A stretch of DNA of 64,000 bases from a virus (lineage: Duplodnaviria > Caudoviricetes), in IMG/VR virus record IMGVR_UViG_2887663082_000001, positions 32,761 to 96,760 of that record; one strand, given 5' to 3'. Below the pieces are notes generated by a model. That model was not told the origin of the DNA. It saw nothing but the letters and a program-made list of their open reading frames with translations, and searched no databases. Position 1 is the stretch's first letter; each line of letters starts with the position of its first letter. Position numbers and translations under genes: made by a program. This document shows positions 9,741 to 19,623 of this stretch, in pieces.

Positions 9741-10637
9741 TCAACCGACATTTGCAGTATGTCTCGGCGCGGTTGCGGGCCATATAACGCCAGGTTGGAG
9801 ACTAACGTCTGCAAGGAGTCCAGTGCCAATGTTTGGAATGAACAGTGAATTCCGAAATCGGGTCAGCAGGCGCGTAGTAGGGCGCTCTGCTGCCTCCTTA
9901 TATTTATCCGAGTAGCATTCATGAGGTGGTAGCACCAAATCCGATTCGCCCTTATCGAAGCGAATATTGAGGCCGTGCTGGAGCTCGTACTGCATGCTCT
10001 TAACCTCTTTGGCCAGCGCCAGCAATTCGGTGCCGACGGCCATTTTACCGATGAGCTCAAAACGGTTTTGGGCAGACTTGTCGTAATCAGGCTCCAGGTC
10101 ATAAACCAGTTTTGCCTGATATACCAGCTCCCATTTACGCAACAGCGTGAGCGCCTCTTTGTAATCATCTTGCTTGCTGGTGGGGGGAAGGGCGGCGCGC
10201 ATGATTTCGAGGCGTTCCATCGCGTAACCGTCAAGTGGAGACAGTGACCAGTCATAAGGCTGGCCATCCACTGGAATAGTGGCTTCAACAAACGGTTGTG
10301 TCGTCAGTACGTTCAGCTCACGTGACAGGTGGTACACGTCACAATTGTACCAGTGCTCTTCACCGCAATGCTGGCATGTGTAGCTGAAGTCGATAATGGT
10401 ATCGGCGCGTGAGTTTATGAAAATCCACCACAGCGCCGTTCTGCGATCGCTGGCGGTCCAGCTGCGCGAATCGGAAAGCTTATCCTTCTCCTGAAGCTGG
10501 TTCAGATACTCAGTTGTGTCGCGTTCTTCAGTTGCCTCTGTCGATTTGCAGAAATAAATTGCATCATCGACCGTCGGCATCCGGAACAAAATGCGCTGTT
10601 TGGGTCGGGAGGGCAGGGGGAATACAGGGATTAACAA
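9741..10637 (-). CDS. pmgB: P1 PmgB-like tail morphogenesis protein
   Basis: FPLPSRP N-terminus, CxxC motif; synteny between tub and sit. Confidence 0.75.
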   Translation of the reverse strand: MLIPVFPLPSRPKQRILFRMPTVDDAIYFCKSTEATEERDTTEYLNQLQEKDKLSDSRSWTASDRRTALWWIFINSRADTIIDFSYTCQHCGEEHWYNCDVYHLSRELNVLTTQPFVEATIPVDGQPYDWSLSPLDGYAMERLEIMRAALPPTSKQDDYKEALTLLRKWELVYQAKLVYDLEPDYDKSAQNRFELIGKMAVGTELLALAKEVKSMQYELQHGLNIRFDKGESDLVLPPHECYSDKYKEAAERPTTRLLTRFRNSLFIPNIGTGLLADVSLQPGVIWPATAPRHTANVG

Positions 10638-10646
10638 AACTTACTC

Positions 10647-11252
10647 CTACACAGCTGGAAGGAACGTAGCGGCAAAGTCGCCGAAGGTTTTCCGTTGAAC
10701 AAATGAGAGAGGAAACGAAATAAATTCACTTATCTGATCCTTTGAAAAGGTCATTTCGCCGCATTGGGTCGGAATTACGCTCAATGTTTCCATGAGCGTT
10801 GGAACGCCGGTTGCCTGCAGCCGATAAATGCGAATATTCATCAGGTATTCATTCTGAAGGTTAATCGTCCCGTCGTCGTTTATAACTCTGCCAAGGCAGA
10901 CCTTAAATGCGTTATAGATAAGACCGGCATTGGTATCTCTGACGACCATCGATATGGGTTGCGCGGTTCGGGAAACAGGCTGGTTGTACTCATTCGCACC
11001 GATCCGTTTGGGCTCGGTTTCTATGGTGTAAGTTCCCCAGGTTATATCCTTCATAAAGAAATCGATACCCATGCCACCAATACCCTCCACCTCCACGGCA
11101 AACATCCAGCCCTGTGCAAAGAGTATTTTGTTAAGGGCCATTGCCGTTAGTTTGTTTATCTGTTGCTCGCCGAGACCAGCCGCAAACATAAAGGACGGCA
11201 GTGCGCCAACCAGACCTTTAGCCGCGCTCGTGAGTAAATCAGTAACGGCCAT
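10647..11252 (-). CDS. tub: P1 Tub-like tail tube/baseplate protein
   Basis: LFAQGWMFAVEVEG..FFMKDITW tube-fold-like sequence; synteny. Confidence 0.75.
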   Translation of the reverse strand: MAVTDLLTSAAKGLVGALPSFMFAAGLGEQQINKLTAMALNKILFAQGWMFAVEVEGIGGMGIDFFMKDITWGTYTIETEPKRIGANEYNQPVSRTAQPISMVVRDTNAGLIYNAFKVCLGRVINDDGTINLQNEYLMNIRIYRLQATGVPTLMETLSVIPTQCGEMTFSKDQISEFISFPLSFVQRKTFGDFAATFLPAV

Positions 11253-11255
11253 CGG

Positions 11256-11819
11256 TTACCCCCAGCTTGAGAAAACAGACATCGCTTGCGGTATCGCGCC
11301 CCGCGTAGACATCTCTGCTTCAAGGTCGGTTCTACGCTGAACTAAAGCGGCTTCATCTGGGATGTTGGATGCGTCAAGCTTACCGGCGATGGACACGCGG
11401 CGATCCAGTTCAGAGTTAGGGATAGCGATCAGGATTTCGAGGTAGTCTTTGATTATGCCAACGGCAACCGGCGGAACGGTCCCTTTGTCGAGGTCCAATT
11501 GGGAGAGATGTACGAGATAGTCCATGCGCAGCGGGTACGATACTCGCTGGTCAGAACTGATCTCGATGTTGCCACCAAAGATATCGCAGGACACGTAATT
11601 GCCAGTGGCATCGGTAACGGCCACCAGCTCAAGGTAATCATCAGGGCAGGGGATAGATGAACCTTCTTTAACACGGATGCTTTGAATGCAACCGGCGCGG
11701 TCCTGATATTCGGTTAATGCCTTCCTGAGGAGGGCATCAAGCATGTCTTTCTGGTTCTCAACCAGCAGGGTGAGGAAGCGTTTTTTCACTTCCTCCAGTA
11801 GTTCGCGAGGTGTGGCCAT
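11256..11819 (-). CDS. pmgC: P1 PmgC-like head-tail adaptor
   Basis: TPRELLEEVKKRF..LLRKALTEYQDRAG; synteny; late promoter upstream. Confidence 0.75.
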   Translation of the reverse strand: MATPRELLEEVKKRFLTLLVENQKDMLDALLRKALTEYQDRAGCIQSIRVKEGSSIPCPDDYLELVAVTDATGNYVSCDIFGGNIEISSDQRVSYPLRMDYLVHLSQLDLDKGTVPPVAVGIIKDYLEILIAIPNSELDRRVSIAGKLDASNIPDEAALVQRRTDLEAEMSTRGAIPQAMSVFSSWG

Positions 11820-11861
11820 AGTGCCTCCTGTTTAAAGGCACCATGGTATGCAAAGTTACAT
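11816..11861 (-). promoter_or_regulatory. Late promoter with RBS-sequestering hairpin (pmgC)
   Basis: ATGTAAC-TTTGCA-TACCAT; stem CCATGGTGCCT/AGGCACTATGG. Confidence 0.75.
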
Positions 11862-11877
11862 TTGGGGAGGGATGTAA

Positions 11878-12585
11878 TCAGTTCGTGTTGGCTTGGTTTT
11901 GTTTCGATTTATCCAATGCTTGTTTTATCCAATCTGAATCTTTCGATAACAGAAATCTGGGGTAGTCGTCGAAAATGCCATCCTCATAGGCCTTTTCGAA
12001 AAAGACCTTAAAGTCATTAATATTTTTAATTTCAGGGGAATGTCTATAAACCTCATTTAATCTTTCAAAGAACTCACTAAACGAGGCACGACGTGTTTCA
12101 CTTATGCTAATATTTTGAGCCAGTTGTTTTAGTTTTTTTGATTCTTTTGCTATCTCTTCTTGTATTCTTTTTATCTCATTATTTTTTTCAAGTGTTTCCA
12201 ATTCAATTTTTTTGATTTCCGCTTCGATCTGTGCTGCCCTTTTTTTATCTGCTGCATGTTGTGCTGCTGACATGCGGCTCCTTGCTATTGCTAGTTTTTC
12301 CACATAATAAGCCAGAACCCACGGTACGACAAAAGCAGCAATGGTGCCATATAACATCGGAAGCCAGAACGCGTACAGCTTAAAGTGTGGTTGTGATACA
12401 AGAGAATGTAATACCAGCTCTATAGGTTTTTTGGATTTTATGACAATGATTATCTGCTGCCAGTTATGAATAATAAAAGATACAATTAGGTATCCAAAGA
12501 ACCCATCTTTCATTTTTTCAGAAATTAGATTGGAAAGCCTGCTTGCCCATGTAATTTCTTCATTTTTATCTTGTTCTGCGCTCAC
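11878..12585 (-). CDS. AT-rich membrane protein with C-terminal coiled coil, function unknown
   Basis: Two hydrophobic segments followed by an E/K-rich coiled coil; AT-rich relative to neighbours. Confidence 0.7.
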   Translation of the reverse strand: MSAEQDKNEEITWASRLSNLISEKMKDGFFGYLIVSFIIHNWQQIIIVIKSKKPIELVLHSLVSQPHFKLYAFWLPMLYGTIAAFVVPWVLAYYVEKLAIARSRMSAAQHAADKKRAAQIEAEIKKIELETLEKNNEIKRIQEEIAKESKKLKQLAQNISISETRRASFSEFFERLNEVYRHSPEIKNINDFKVFFEKAYEDGIFDDYPRFLLSKDSDWIKQALDKSKQNQANTN

Positions 12586-12640
12586 GTAAAATCCCTTAAT
12601 ATGTTAAGAGTCTCAATATCGAGACTCTTCTAATACGACA

Positions 12641-13057
12641 TCAATCCACAAATGAACTAACCGGCAGATCAAAGCGTTTAGCCAAAGCGCGCATATGATC
12701 CAGAGTCAGAGAGCGTTGACCGTTCAGAATGCGGCTAACGAGTGCTTTTTTGCCAATCTCATTCTCGAAATCACTTTGATTGAGCTGGTATTGGTCCATC
12801 AGTGTACGCAGTAGCGCTATGCCTGTAGGAATAGCGTCTACTTCTTCGTTGAACTCAGCGAATTCCGGTGCCTCATCTTCATATTTAGTTATTTTTGCGC
12901 ACAGCATATCGACCAGGGGGCTATCTGGTTCGCGCTCGATGAGATATTCCACCAGCTTGAGCGCCTCTTCATAATCTTGGCGTGAGGAACTGCCCCCCAG
13001 AATGGGGAGCATTGTTGCCAGGCTGTTTGCTGCGTTAATCGCGTCTTGGTACATCAT
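12641..13057 (-). CDS. higA: HigA antitoxin (HTH)
   Basis: Resembles E. coli HigA/YgjM (APEFAEFN, LRTLMDQY, VSRILNGQRSLTL). Confidence 0.9.
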   Translation of the reverse strand: MMYQDAINAANSLATMLPILGGSSSRQDYEEALKLVEYLIEREPDSPLVDMLCAKITKYEDEAPEFAEFNEEVDAIPTGIALLRTLMDQYQLNQSDFENEIGKKALVSRILNGQRSLTLDHMRALAKRFDLPVSSFVD

Positions 13058-13365
13058 TCTTTGTTTCTCCGGTAAAAATCGGTCAGCTTGTCGTACTCAG
13101 CGTGGGTGGATATGTGCTTGATGAAGATTTTTTTTGTTACGAAATCAGCAAAAAGCATCACTCTAAGATTTCCACCGCCAACATCTACAACCCACCATTT
13201 CTCCCTGTACTTCATTCTGTCGAGGCTTGGAAGCCTCTTCTTCATATCTTCCGGGGAGTTGAAGTTTTCACGCTTCAGTACCCGGTATAAATCTTTAAGC
13301 GCCGCCGCTTGGTTAGGAAACTGCATTGAGGCAGTATCGAACGGCGCTCTTGATATAACGTGCAT
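13054..13365 (-). CDS. higB: HigB mRNA interferase toxin
   Basis: Resembles E. coli HigB/YgjN (PSLD..KY, VGGGNLRV, THAEYD); toxin-first gene order. Confidence 0.9.
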   Translation of the reverse strand: MHVISRAPFDTASMQFPNQAAALKDLYRVLKRENFNSPEDMKKRLPSLDRMKYREKWWVVDVGGGNLRVMLFADFVTKKIFIKHISTHAEYDKLTDFYRRNKE

Positions 13366-13380
13366 CCTGTATCCCTTGGA

Positions 13381-13435
13381 GTTTCCTTGTTGGAAACATT
13401 ATAGGGCAGACGTGAAGAGTTTACAATATGGAAAC
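13381..13435. promoter_or_regulatory. Two palindromic HigA operators
   Basis: GTTTCC-ttgtt-GGAAAC (13381-13397) and GTTTAC-aatat-GGAAAC (13419-13435). Confidence 0.65.
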
Positions 13436-13454
13436 TGTCGAATTTGGCAGGAAT

Positions 13455-13479
13455 AAAAAAACCCGCCGAAGCGGGTTTA
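13455..13479 (-). terminator. Terminator of the head/tail late operon
   Basis: aaacccgc-cgaa-gcgggttt with a poly-U tail on the minus strand. Confidence 0.75.
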
Positions 13480-13511
13480 TCTGTACATCGTCGATAGCGT
13501 TATCGAGGTTA

Positions 13512-14006
13512 TTACTCAATAAAGTTATAGACGATACGCAGGTTAGGGCGCACCAGGGCGGTCACATCTTCAGTAGAGAGGTCTGTGCCGTCCATGTAGA
13601 TCTTACAGTCGTACAGATTGGTTTTGAGCGAGTCCGGGGATTTGCCCCCAAAGGATTCCGGAGTTGCCTCGATGCGAACATCGAAATAGCTCTTGTTGTT
13701 CACCGCATCTTTGATGAACTTCAGCATTGGGCCCTGAATGGTTTCGACAACCTGCGCAGGCATCTCACCAGAGTTACGAACTGGACCGTGTTGGTTGAAC
13801 TTCATGCCGTTAGGTCCGAAGTCCTCCACATCTTCACGGGTACGCTCAGGGAACTGAGCAGTACGGAACAATACAGAAAGATGCTCCTGGCCGATAACGG
13901 TGAGTTTAAACTCAGCGCCATTGAGTTTTTCACCCATTGAGCGGTTGGCAACATATTGCTCCTTCAGGAATGCAACGTTGCCAACGGCATTAGAATGTCC
14001 GGGCAT
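13512..14006 (-). CDS. bplB: P1 BplB-like tail tube protein
   Basis: REDVEDFGPNGMKFNQHGP..NSGE; synteny. Confidence 0.8.
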   Translation of the reverse strand: MPGHSNAVGNVAFLKEQYVANRSMGEKLNGAEFKLTVIGQEHLSVLFRTAQFPERTREDVEDFGPNGMKFNQHGPVRNSGEMPAQVVETIQGPMLKFIKDAVNNKSYFDVRIEATPESFGGKSPDSLKTNLYDCKIYMDGTDLSTEDVTALVRPNLRIVYNFIE

Positions 14007-14021
14007 AAGGTATTTTCCTCA

Positions 14022-14636
14022 TTAGATAAATAATTTTTCGATCTCTGAACGGTTCTGGACCGCCATACCAGAGAGTTGAAGGTTCACTACATTGGAGATG
14101 AAATAACCGTCTGATGTTTTCGGCGCATCGAGGTTATACGACACGTCCTGAATCACGACGTCGGCCAGAATGAAACGCCGACCAATGTTCACGGTGACAG
14201 AGTTTGGGCGACGGCCACCAGGCGTTGTGTCATTGAGCTCCGGGGAGATCATCTGGCATAAACGAGTGATGGCACCGTCAACTTCAACTGCTGCGTTACT
14301 GATAGCGAGCAATTCAAGCGGCAGAGTAAGGGCTGGTGGCTGTGAACCTTGCCACACCATCAGGCTGTTCCAGCGCGATACAGAGGTTGTCGTCGTCACG
14401 GACTGCGCCATGTTAGAGAGCGTCTCAATACCAGCGATAGAACCGGCGTTATCCCCCTCAAACGGGCTTGTCCAGGCTGACGCTATTTGCATAGATGCGC
14501 CCTGGCCGATATAGCCGATCACGCAGTATTCAGCCGACGTAATGTAGGCCTTCAGATAAGGGCTAACACCATCAGCACCGATCGCACCGTAATACTCCAT
14601 TGATACCTCAAACAGGCCACCATCGCTGGTGGCCAT
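14022..14636 (-). CDS. pmgG: P1 PmgG-like tube initiator/baseplate protein
   Basis: YGAIGADGVSPYLK..SPELN..PGGR; synteny. Confidence 0.75.
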   Translation of the reverse strand: MATSDGGLFEVSMEYYGAIGADGVSPYLKAYITSAEYCVIGYIGQGASMQIASAWTSPFEGDNAGSIAGIETLSNMAQSVTTTTSVSRWNSLMVWQGSQPPALTLPLELLAISNAAVEVDGAITRLCQMISPELNDTTPGGRRPNSVTVNIGRRFILADVVIQDVSYNLDAPKTSDGYFISNVVNLQLSGMAVQNRSEIEKLFI

Positions 14637-14641
14637 ATCCG

Positions 14642-15376
14642 TTAGCCGATACGCTTAGCGCGCAGTTTCATGGATTTTTTACGGTGCAACTTGCCCTGAG
14701 CCGAACCGGCTTTACGCTGTGCTTTTTTCAGCGCCATGCGTTGAGCTGCGGTGCGACGATGCTTTTTGAAAGGCTTGCGGATTAACTTCACTTTGCCGTT
14801 GCGCACAACTTTTTTCAGCGCTTCGGTCATGGTGTCGTCACCGCTGACAGAGTAGGTGGCCACCAGCTCATCTTTTTCATCGTCGTCGATGTCATTGAGC
14901 TGAGATGCAATGCTTGCGCCCATCTCATCATCTGCGTCGTCGAAGAAAGATGTAACGGCATCATCATCGATGCCAACACTGATCATGAAGTTCGCCATCT
15001 CAGCCAGGACGTTGTAGTAGTCGTCCAGTTCATCATCGGTTGGTTCGTCGGTGTCGCCATCGATGCCCGCGAGGGACTGAGCATACGCGTCCAGGCTGTC
15101 GTAAGACGTGTCGTCGCTGCTGGCCCAGTCAAAGACCGCATCAGCAGAATCGCCGAGGCTTGCGCTGGCCATCTGTGCGGATACGGCTTCCAGAATCATC
15201 TGGTGAGCTTTATCCGGAGTGATTTCGACGTCAGGCTTTTTACCGTCCTTGTCAGGATCGCCAGGGTCTTTATTACCGCGACTCTCCATCATGAAAGAAG
15301 TATGGGTTTTGCCACCCATCGCGATGGTTGCCAGCTCATCAGTCTGGCTACCGCCGTTTTGAAAGAATTTAGCCAT
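14642..15376 (-). CDS. P1 gp21-like protein (acidic core, basic C-terminus); likely start ATG 15376
   Basis: Acidic middle region and EALKKVVRNGKVKLIRK..KKSMKLR C-terminus; directly follows the sheath gene. Confidence 0.75.
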   Translation of the reverse strand: MAKFFQNGGSQTDELATIAMGGKTHTSFMMESRGNKDPGDPDKDGKKPDVEITPDKAHQMILEAVSAQMASASLGDSADAVFDWASSDDTSYDSLDAYAQSLAGIDGDTDEPTDDELDDYYNVLAEMANFMISVGIDDDAVTSFFDDADDEMGASIASQLNDIDDDEKDELVATYSVSGDDTMTEALKKVVRNGKVKLIRKPFKKHRRTAAQRMALKKAQRKAGSAQGKLHRKKSMKLRAKRIG

Positions 15377-15384
15377 AATTTGCC

Positions 15385-16986
15385 TTATCGAATAACAACA
15401 GGTTTGCCGAGCAGACGACGAGCCGAGCCGGTAGGGCAGGCCCACCAGGTGACAGCCCAGTAATCGATCTCAACCTGCTTAACTACGAGGATGAAAGGTT
15501 CAGTGCCGTCGGAATCAGGATCACGCGGAGTGACCAAAGCACCAGCTGCGTGGAAGCGCTCTAATACTTTCGTCATTTCGCGCGTCAGGCTTTCTTCAGT
15601 CACGCCGTCCGGCTGGTGTTTCAGCGTGCGGCCCAGCTGGAAGAAGAAGCGGCTGATTGCGTCAAAAGTGGAGGACACGTGCTGGAAGCGCAGGTAGTTC
15701 TCTTCGCTGTAGGTAGTTAGCGCATCATCAATAATCATCTGGCCAGAAGAGCTGGTGGCCACTTTGTTGATGCGCGCCGTGTACATTTCGTCGAAATCTG
15801 GCGTACCAATACCGTCGATCGGTTCGAGCTGAGCGCGGTTGATGAGTGCACGAGTTTCGCCCGCCGGTGAGTAGTGCCAGCCACCAACATCGGTGTTAAG
15901 AGCAATACCACGAGCTTTCGCCGCGTAGGCAGCACCGGACAGACCAAATGCCACGCGGGCCTGCGTCCATTTGTCTTTGCAGGTGAACGGGAAGTGATAC
16001 ATCGAGCAGGAAACGTAATCGACGCCCACCAGCCCGGTAGATTCCTGTTCCGTTATCGCCTCTGCATAGGTCAGCGTCGGTTTGAGGTCAAAGTAGCCAT
16101 CGATACGACGGTCCTGGCAGATATCACCCAACAGGGTATAGGACGGCGTGCTGTAGCAGCCAAGCCCCAGAACAGCGGTGTAATTCACATTGGCGTTACT
16201 GAGGATCTCAATAGCCTTTTTATACTGCTCATCGGAGATATTGGACTGATCGCCGTTGGTGCCGCCAACAAACGTGACATCGGTAATGTTGCCAAGGTTT
16301 ACACCGGCAGCTGCGGTAAGGTCGCAGGTCGCGCCCAGATAAGCAGAACGAGATTCAAGCGCCGTAGTAATGAAGCAAGGGCGGCCCATCGCATCGGTCT
16401 CTTCGGAATCAAGAGATACAACGGTGCTTTCCAGAACGGTGACGGTACCGAGTTTGCTGGTTTCCTTCAGCGTCAGGGTAAAGCGATTGGCGTTGAGCTT
16501 GTCCGGGGTGAAAGAGATGCTACGGTTAGTCGACGGGTCACCATCGATAGGGTAGATAGTCAGGAACTGCTTGTCCTTCAGCTCTACACTCTGCCCATAT
16601 GCCAGCGCATCGGTCGCAGTTACCGCGTTAACGTCGCCGGTAGACGCGGATTCTTTGCTGAAGCTGATAGTCGGGAACTTTGCATCTTCCGGAACAACAC
16701 GCACTACATAACCGTCGGTCTGTTGAACGGCTTCGAAGACGTGGCGCATTGGTTCAAAATGACTACCTTCCTGCGGGCGAATTGGGTCGCCGAGGACATC
16801 CATATAATTGGATTTGGTGATCTTTAACGCCTTAAACGGTTTCCCACGTGCGAACACACCTACGCCAGCCCACAGGGACTGATTAAGGTTAGAACCCACG
16901 GTCGCTGTTTTGCTTGCATCAATGGCGGCAACCGCAACTGCGGAAACGTTAGTCAACGTAAAAGGGATACTGAAATTAGAACTCAT
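15385..16986 (-). CDS. Tail sheath protein (P1 gp22-like)
   Basis: 533 aa; GVFARGKPF, GWHYSPAG and WACPTGSARR motifs. Confidence 0.88.
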   Translation of the reverse strand: MSSNFSIPFTLTNVSAVAVAAIDASKTATVGSNLNQSLWAGVGVFARGKPFKALKITKSNYMDVLGDPIRPQEGSHFEPMRHVFEAVQQTDGYVVRVVPEDAKFPTISFSKESASTGDVNAVTATDALAYGQSVELKDKQFLTIYPIDGDPSTNRSISFTPDKLNANRFTLTLKETSKLGTVTVLESTVVSLDSEETDAMGRPCFITTALESRSAYLGATCDLTAAAGVNLGNITDVTFVGGTNGDQSNISDEQYKKAIEILSNANVNYTAVLGLGCYSTPSYTLLGDICQDRRIDGYFDLKPTLTYAEAITEQESTGLVGVDYVSCSMYHFPFTCKDKWTQARVAFGLSGAAYAAKARGIALNTDVGGWHYSPAGETRALINRAQLEPIDGIGTPDFDEMYTARINKVATSSSGQMIIDDALTTYSEENYLRFQHVSSTFDAISRFFFQLGRTLKHQPDGVTEESLTREMTKVLERFHAAGALVTPRDPDSDGTEPFILVVKQVEIDYWAVTWWACPTGSARRLLGKPVVIR

Positions 16987-17041
16987 TCAGAACTGTCCTG
17001 TTTAGCGCCCCAGCGGGGCGCGTTTGGTTGAAATCGTTTGA

Positions 17042-18769
17042 TTAGTTGCTGGAGGAGCTCTCGATCACGCCGCCGGTGCGGAAGTTCAGGCCGCCAACTT
17101 TGAGGTTGGTGAGGGTGAACAGCGTGAAGTAGTCCTGGCCGTTTCGTGGGTGAATACGGTTAATGGAGGAACCCCACAGAGTGGTGCGGTCCACCAGCGC
17201 CGGAGTGGTCGGGTGTTTGAACGGAATAACCGGAACAGCATCACCGGTGATGAAGCCTGCTTTGCCAGGGTTTTCATCGCGGCAATAGCACAGGATGTCG
17301 TAGGAGTGGAACTCGATGCCGCTATTGGTGAATGCAGTGCAAACGCCAGAAGGGATCTCGAACACTTTGATGCCGTTGAACAGCGTACCGATGAAGTGAA
17401 CGTATGGAACCTGAGTGTAGTTCTCTGCTGCGGTGAACAGGTTCGGCGGCAACATCTTGATGAAACCAGCCGCGTCAGCGCCCGCGAACATACCGACAGA
17501 GCCGGTGGTACGGGTACGCTCTGCGATGTCGCGGAATACCTGCTGCACCTTACCTTTGAACATCATGGTCCAGACATCCAGATTGGTATCCTGCGGGATA
17601 GCCACATCGTAGGTATCGGTGTATTTACAGCGGCGGATCATGGTGCGCAGACGCAGCATGTCCTGCTCATGAGACAGGTAATCTTTCAGGGTACGGTACT
17701 GCAGGGAATCCAGATCGATACCGAATTCGCGCTGCGCATCGTAGGCTGCCATTACGCTATGTTCTGCGGCCAGAGCATACTGTGATGGGTACACAGTCCA
17801 TTCACGCATTTCCTGGTTAATAACCGGGATGTATTCAGGAGCCTGCTCGATGTTGATCTCAACTTCAGCTTCCAGCTCAACGCCAGAGTCCAGCGGCTGC
17901 GAGAAGGTGAGGTCGATCTGACCTTTCGCATAGTCAATGACACCGGTAAGAACGTTCTGCTGCCCATCGGCATTAGCAAAGTCATAAATGATTTTGCCGG
18001 TATTACCGCTGGTGGACGTATCAACATCTGTCGCTTCATTGTTGATGTAAAGGACCGAGCGGCCTTTACGGATCGGAATTTCTTTACCGTGTTCAAAGTC
18101 GGAGGTTTTGAAGCTGAAAGAGGTGGTCGCGCCATCGCCTTTAGCCGCCAGCACGTAGTTGCGGCGCATTTGAGCGTATTGGCCAACGGACTGCATGTCC
18201 AGCTGATCGCCCTGGGTAAAATCGCCGAAGGTGGTACCGGCTACGTTGATGATTTCGTAGATTTTGGACTTGTCACGCGGTACCGGGATGAAGGTACACG
18301 CATCACCAGTTTGCGCACCCAGCGCAACCGGCAGGATCATCGCCAGGAAGATCGGCTGACGGATGATACCGTCCTGGCTGGACATCACTTCAGTGTTGAT
18401 GGATTCCAGCATGAAATCGGTGGTCGATTTTTTGCCGCCAGCCTGGTTATTTTCCAGAATGAGACAGTTTTCGAGGGTTTGGTGGGCTGCTGCCAGTACT
18501 TCCGGACGCGGAGCGCGTTTATGCGTGTTGGAGTAATCCGCGATTGCAGCACCCCAGGCAGACAGAACCGAACGCTGAACGTCGGGGGAAACGCCTTCGA
18601 AGATAGGATCTTGCTTCGCCGCTTCCATCATCGATGCAACGCGCAGCTCAGGGTCCTGGATGAAGCCATTCTGATCGAACTGCGCATCGGAGCAGTAGCG
18701 GGTCACGAGACGCGCACTGTTCGAAATTTCGGCAATGCGTTTACGAAACTCTTTGTTGTTGTCGGACAT
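17042..18769 (-). CDS. Major capsid protein (P1 gp23-like); likely start ATG 18769
   Basis: Colinear with P1 gp23 as I recall it (HQTLENCL, LSHEQDMLRLR, HPTTPALV.RTTLWGS); MLES putative maturation site. Confidence 0.92.
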   Translation of the reverse strand: MSDNNKEFRKRIAEISNSARLVTRYCSDAQFDQNGFIQDPELRVASMMEAAKQDPIFEGVSPDVQRSVLSAWGAAIADYSNTHKRAPRPEVLAAAHQTLENCLILENNQAGGKKSTTDFMLESINTEVMSSQDGIIRQPIFLAMILPVALGAQTGDACTFIPVPRDKSKIYEIINVAGTTFGDFTQGDQLDMQSVGQYAQMRRNYVLAAKGDGATTSFSFKTSDFEHGKEIPIRKGRSVLYINNEATDVDTSTSGNTGKIIYDFANADGQQNVLTGVIDYAKGQIDLTFSQPLDSGVELEAEVEINIEQAPEYIPVINQEMREWTVYPSQYALAAEHSVMAAYDAQREFGIDLDSLQYRTLKDYLSHEQDMLRLRTMIRRCKYTDTYDVAIPQDTNLDVWTMMFKGKVQQVFRDIAERTRTTGSVGMFAGADAAGFIKMLPPNLFTAAENYTQVPYVHFIGTLFNGIKVFEIPSGVCTAFTNSGIEFHSYDILCYCRDENPGKAGFITGDAVPVIPFKHPTTPALVDRTTLWGSSINRIHPRNGQDYFTLFTLTNLKVGGLNFRTGGVIESSSSN

Positions 18770-18819
18770 AATCAAGCCTTTTTGGTTTTCAGACGGCTTG
18801 ATTATGCTGAAAGTTACAT
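18767..18819 (-). promoter_or_regulatory. Late promoter with perfect 12-bp hairpin pairing the -10 box with the capsid start codon
   Basis: ATGTAAC-TTTCAG-CATAAT; inverted repeat CATAATCAAGCC/GGCTTGATTATG. Confidence 0.8.
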
Positions 18820-18998
18820 CTCGATTTATTTTTGATTAGTACTTTAGGTAAGAAAAAGGCGCTTGCGCGCCTTTGGGATTTCCATGTACCGATTTGCAAA
18901 AGGACTGTCAAGATAAAGGCGTCAAAAAGACGCCTTGAAATAACTTTCTAAAAGTAAACGACATGAAAAACTCATGCTTAACTAACATAAATTAGTAT

Positions 18999-19268
18999 TT
19001 ACTGTTTGTCTATCCCTACGGCTCCATTTATGCGGTTCACTGTGATGTTGTGATCGTTAACCACCGCCAGCCCGACACGTGTAGCCTCTATGTACGCGGG
19101 ATAATCGCCGTAAACTTTTACATCATAAGCGGGCATCGGACACATCCAGGCACTAACGCCAGCCGGTGCAGCCTCAACGCGAATACTTGGCGTTGAAGGA
19201 GTCAATTGACTCCCGCTGCATGCTGATAACACTATCGGCAACAGGAGCAACAGCGCACCCTTTCTCAC
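18999..19268 (-). CDS. mlp: Outer-membrane lipoprotein, o-spanin-like (P1 Mlp); likely start GTG 19268
   Basis: Signal peptide RKGALLLLLPIVLSA-C lipobox; Pro-rich; overlaps the upstream i-spanin-like gene in another frame. Confidence 0.7.
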   Translation of the reverse strand: MRKGALLLLLPIVLSACSGSQLTPSTPSIRVEAAPAGVSAWMCPMPAYDVKVYGDYPAYIEATRVGLAVVNDHNITVNRINGAVGIDKQ

Positions 19269-19623
19269 CCTGTAGAGTTCGGAGCTTGCTCTGCAGCTCG
19301 TTACTTTTTTTCTGATATTCTTGAGCGTGTTTTTCATTGGTCTGACTCTCTTTGTTTAGCTGCTCTGCTTTTGCCGCATAGAACCCGGATTTTTCTTCTG
19401 CTACCCGCTTGGCGATATCCAGCGTGGTGATCTGCTGGTCTTTACTGCCAATAGTTTTGTTGAGCGTATTGATTGCCGTAGCCTGCGTATCTACCGTCGT
19501 AAGCACGCCATCCAGCCAGCACCACCCCAGGTAGCCAGCAATGCCAACTATCGTGATAAGCGCCACCAGCGAGATGGTTTTCAGGTTCGGTAGCGATAAC
19601 CATCCTTTAATCAGATCAAACAT
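19174..19623 (-). CDS. i-spanin-like protein (P1 PpfA position)
   Basis: N-terminal TM helix, periplasmic coiled coil and a C-terminal Cys. Confidence 0.7.
   Translation of the reverse strand: MFDLIKGWLSLPNLKTISLVALITIVGIAGYLGWCWLDGVLTTVDTQATAINTLNKTIGSKDQQITTLDIAKRVAEEKSGFYAAKAEQLNKESQTNEKHAQEYQKKSNELQSKLRTLQGEKGCAVAPVADSVISMQRESIDSFNAKYSR

Noticed and set aside
15874-18835. Long antisense ORFs (317, 211, 248 aa) and similar ORFs opposite the autotransporter
   Set aside because: Shadow frames of strongly codon-biased genes, with no motifs.
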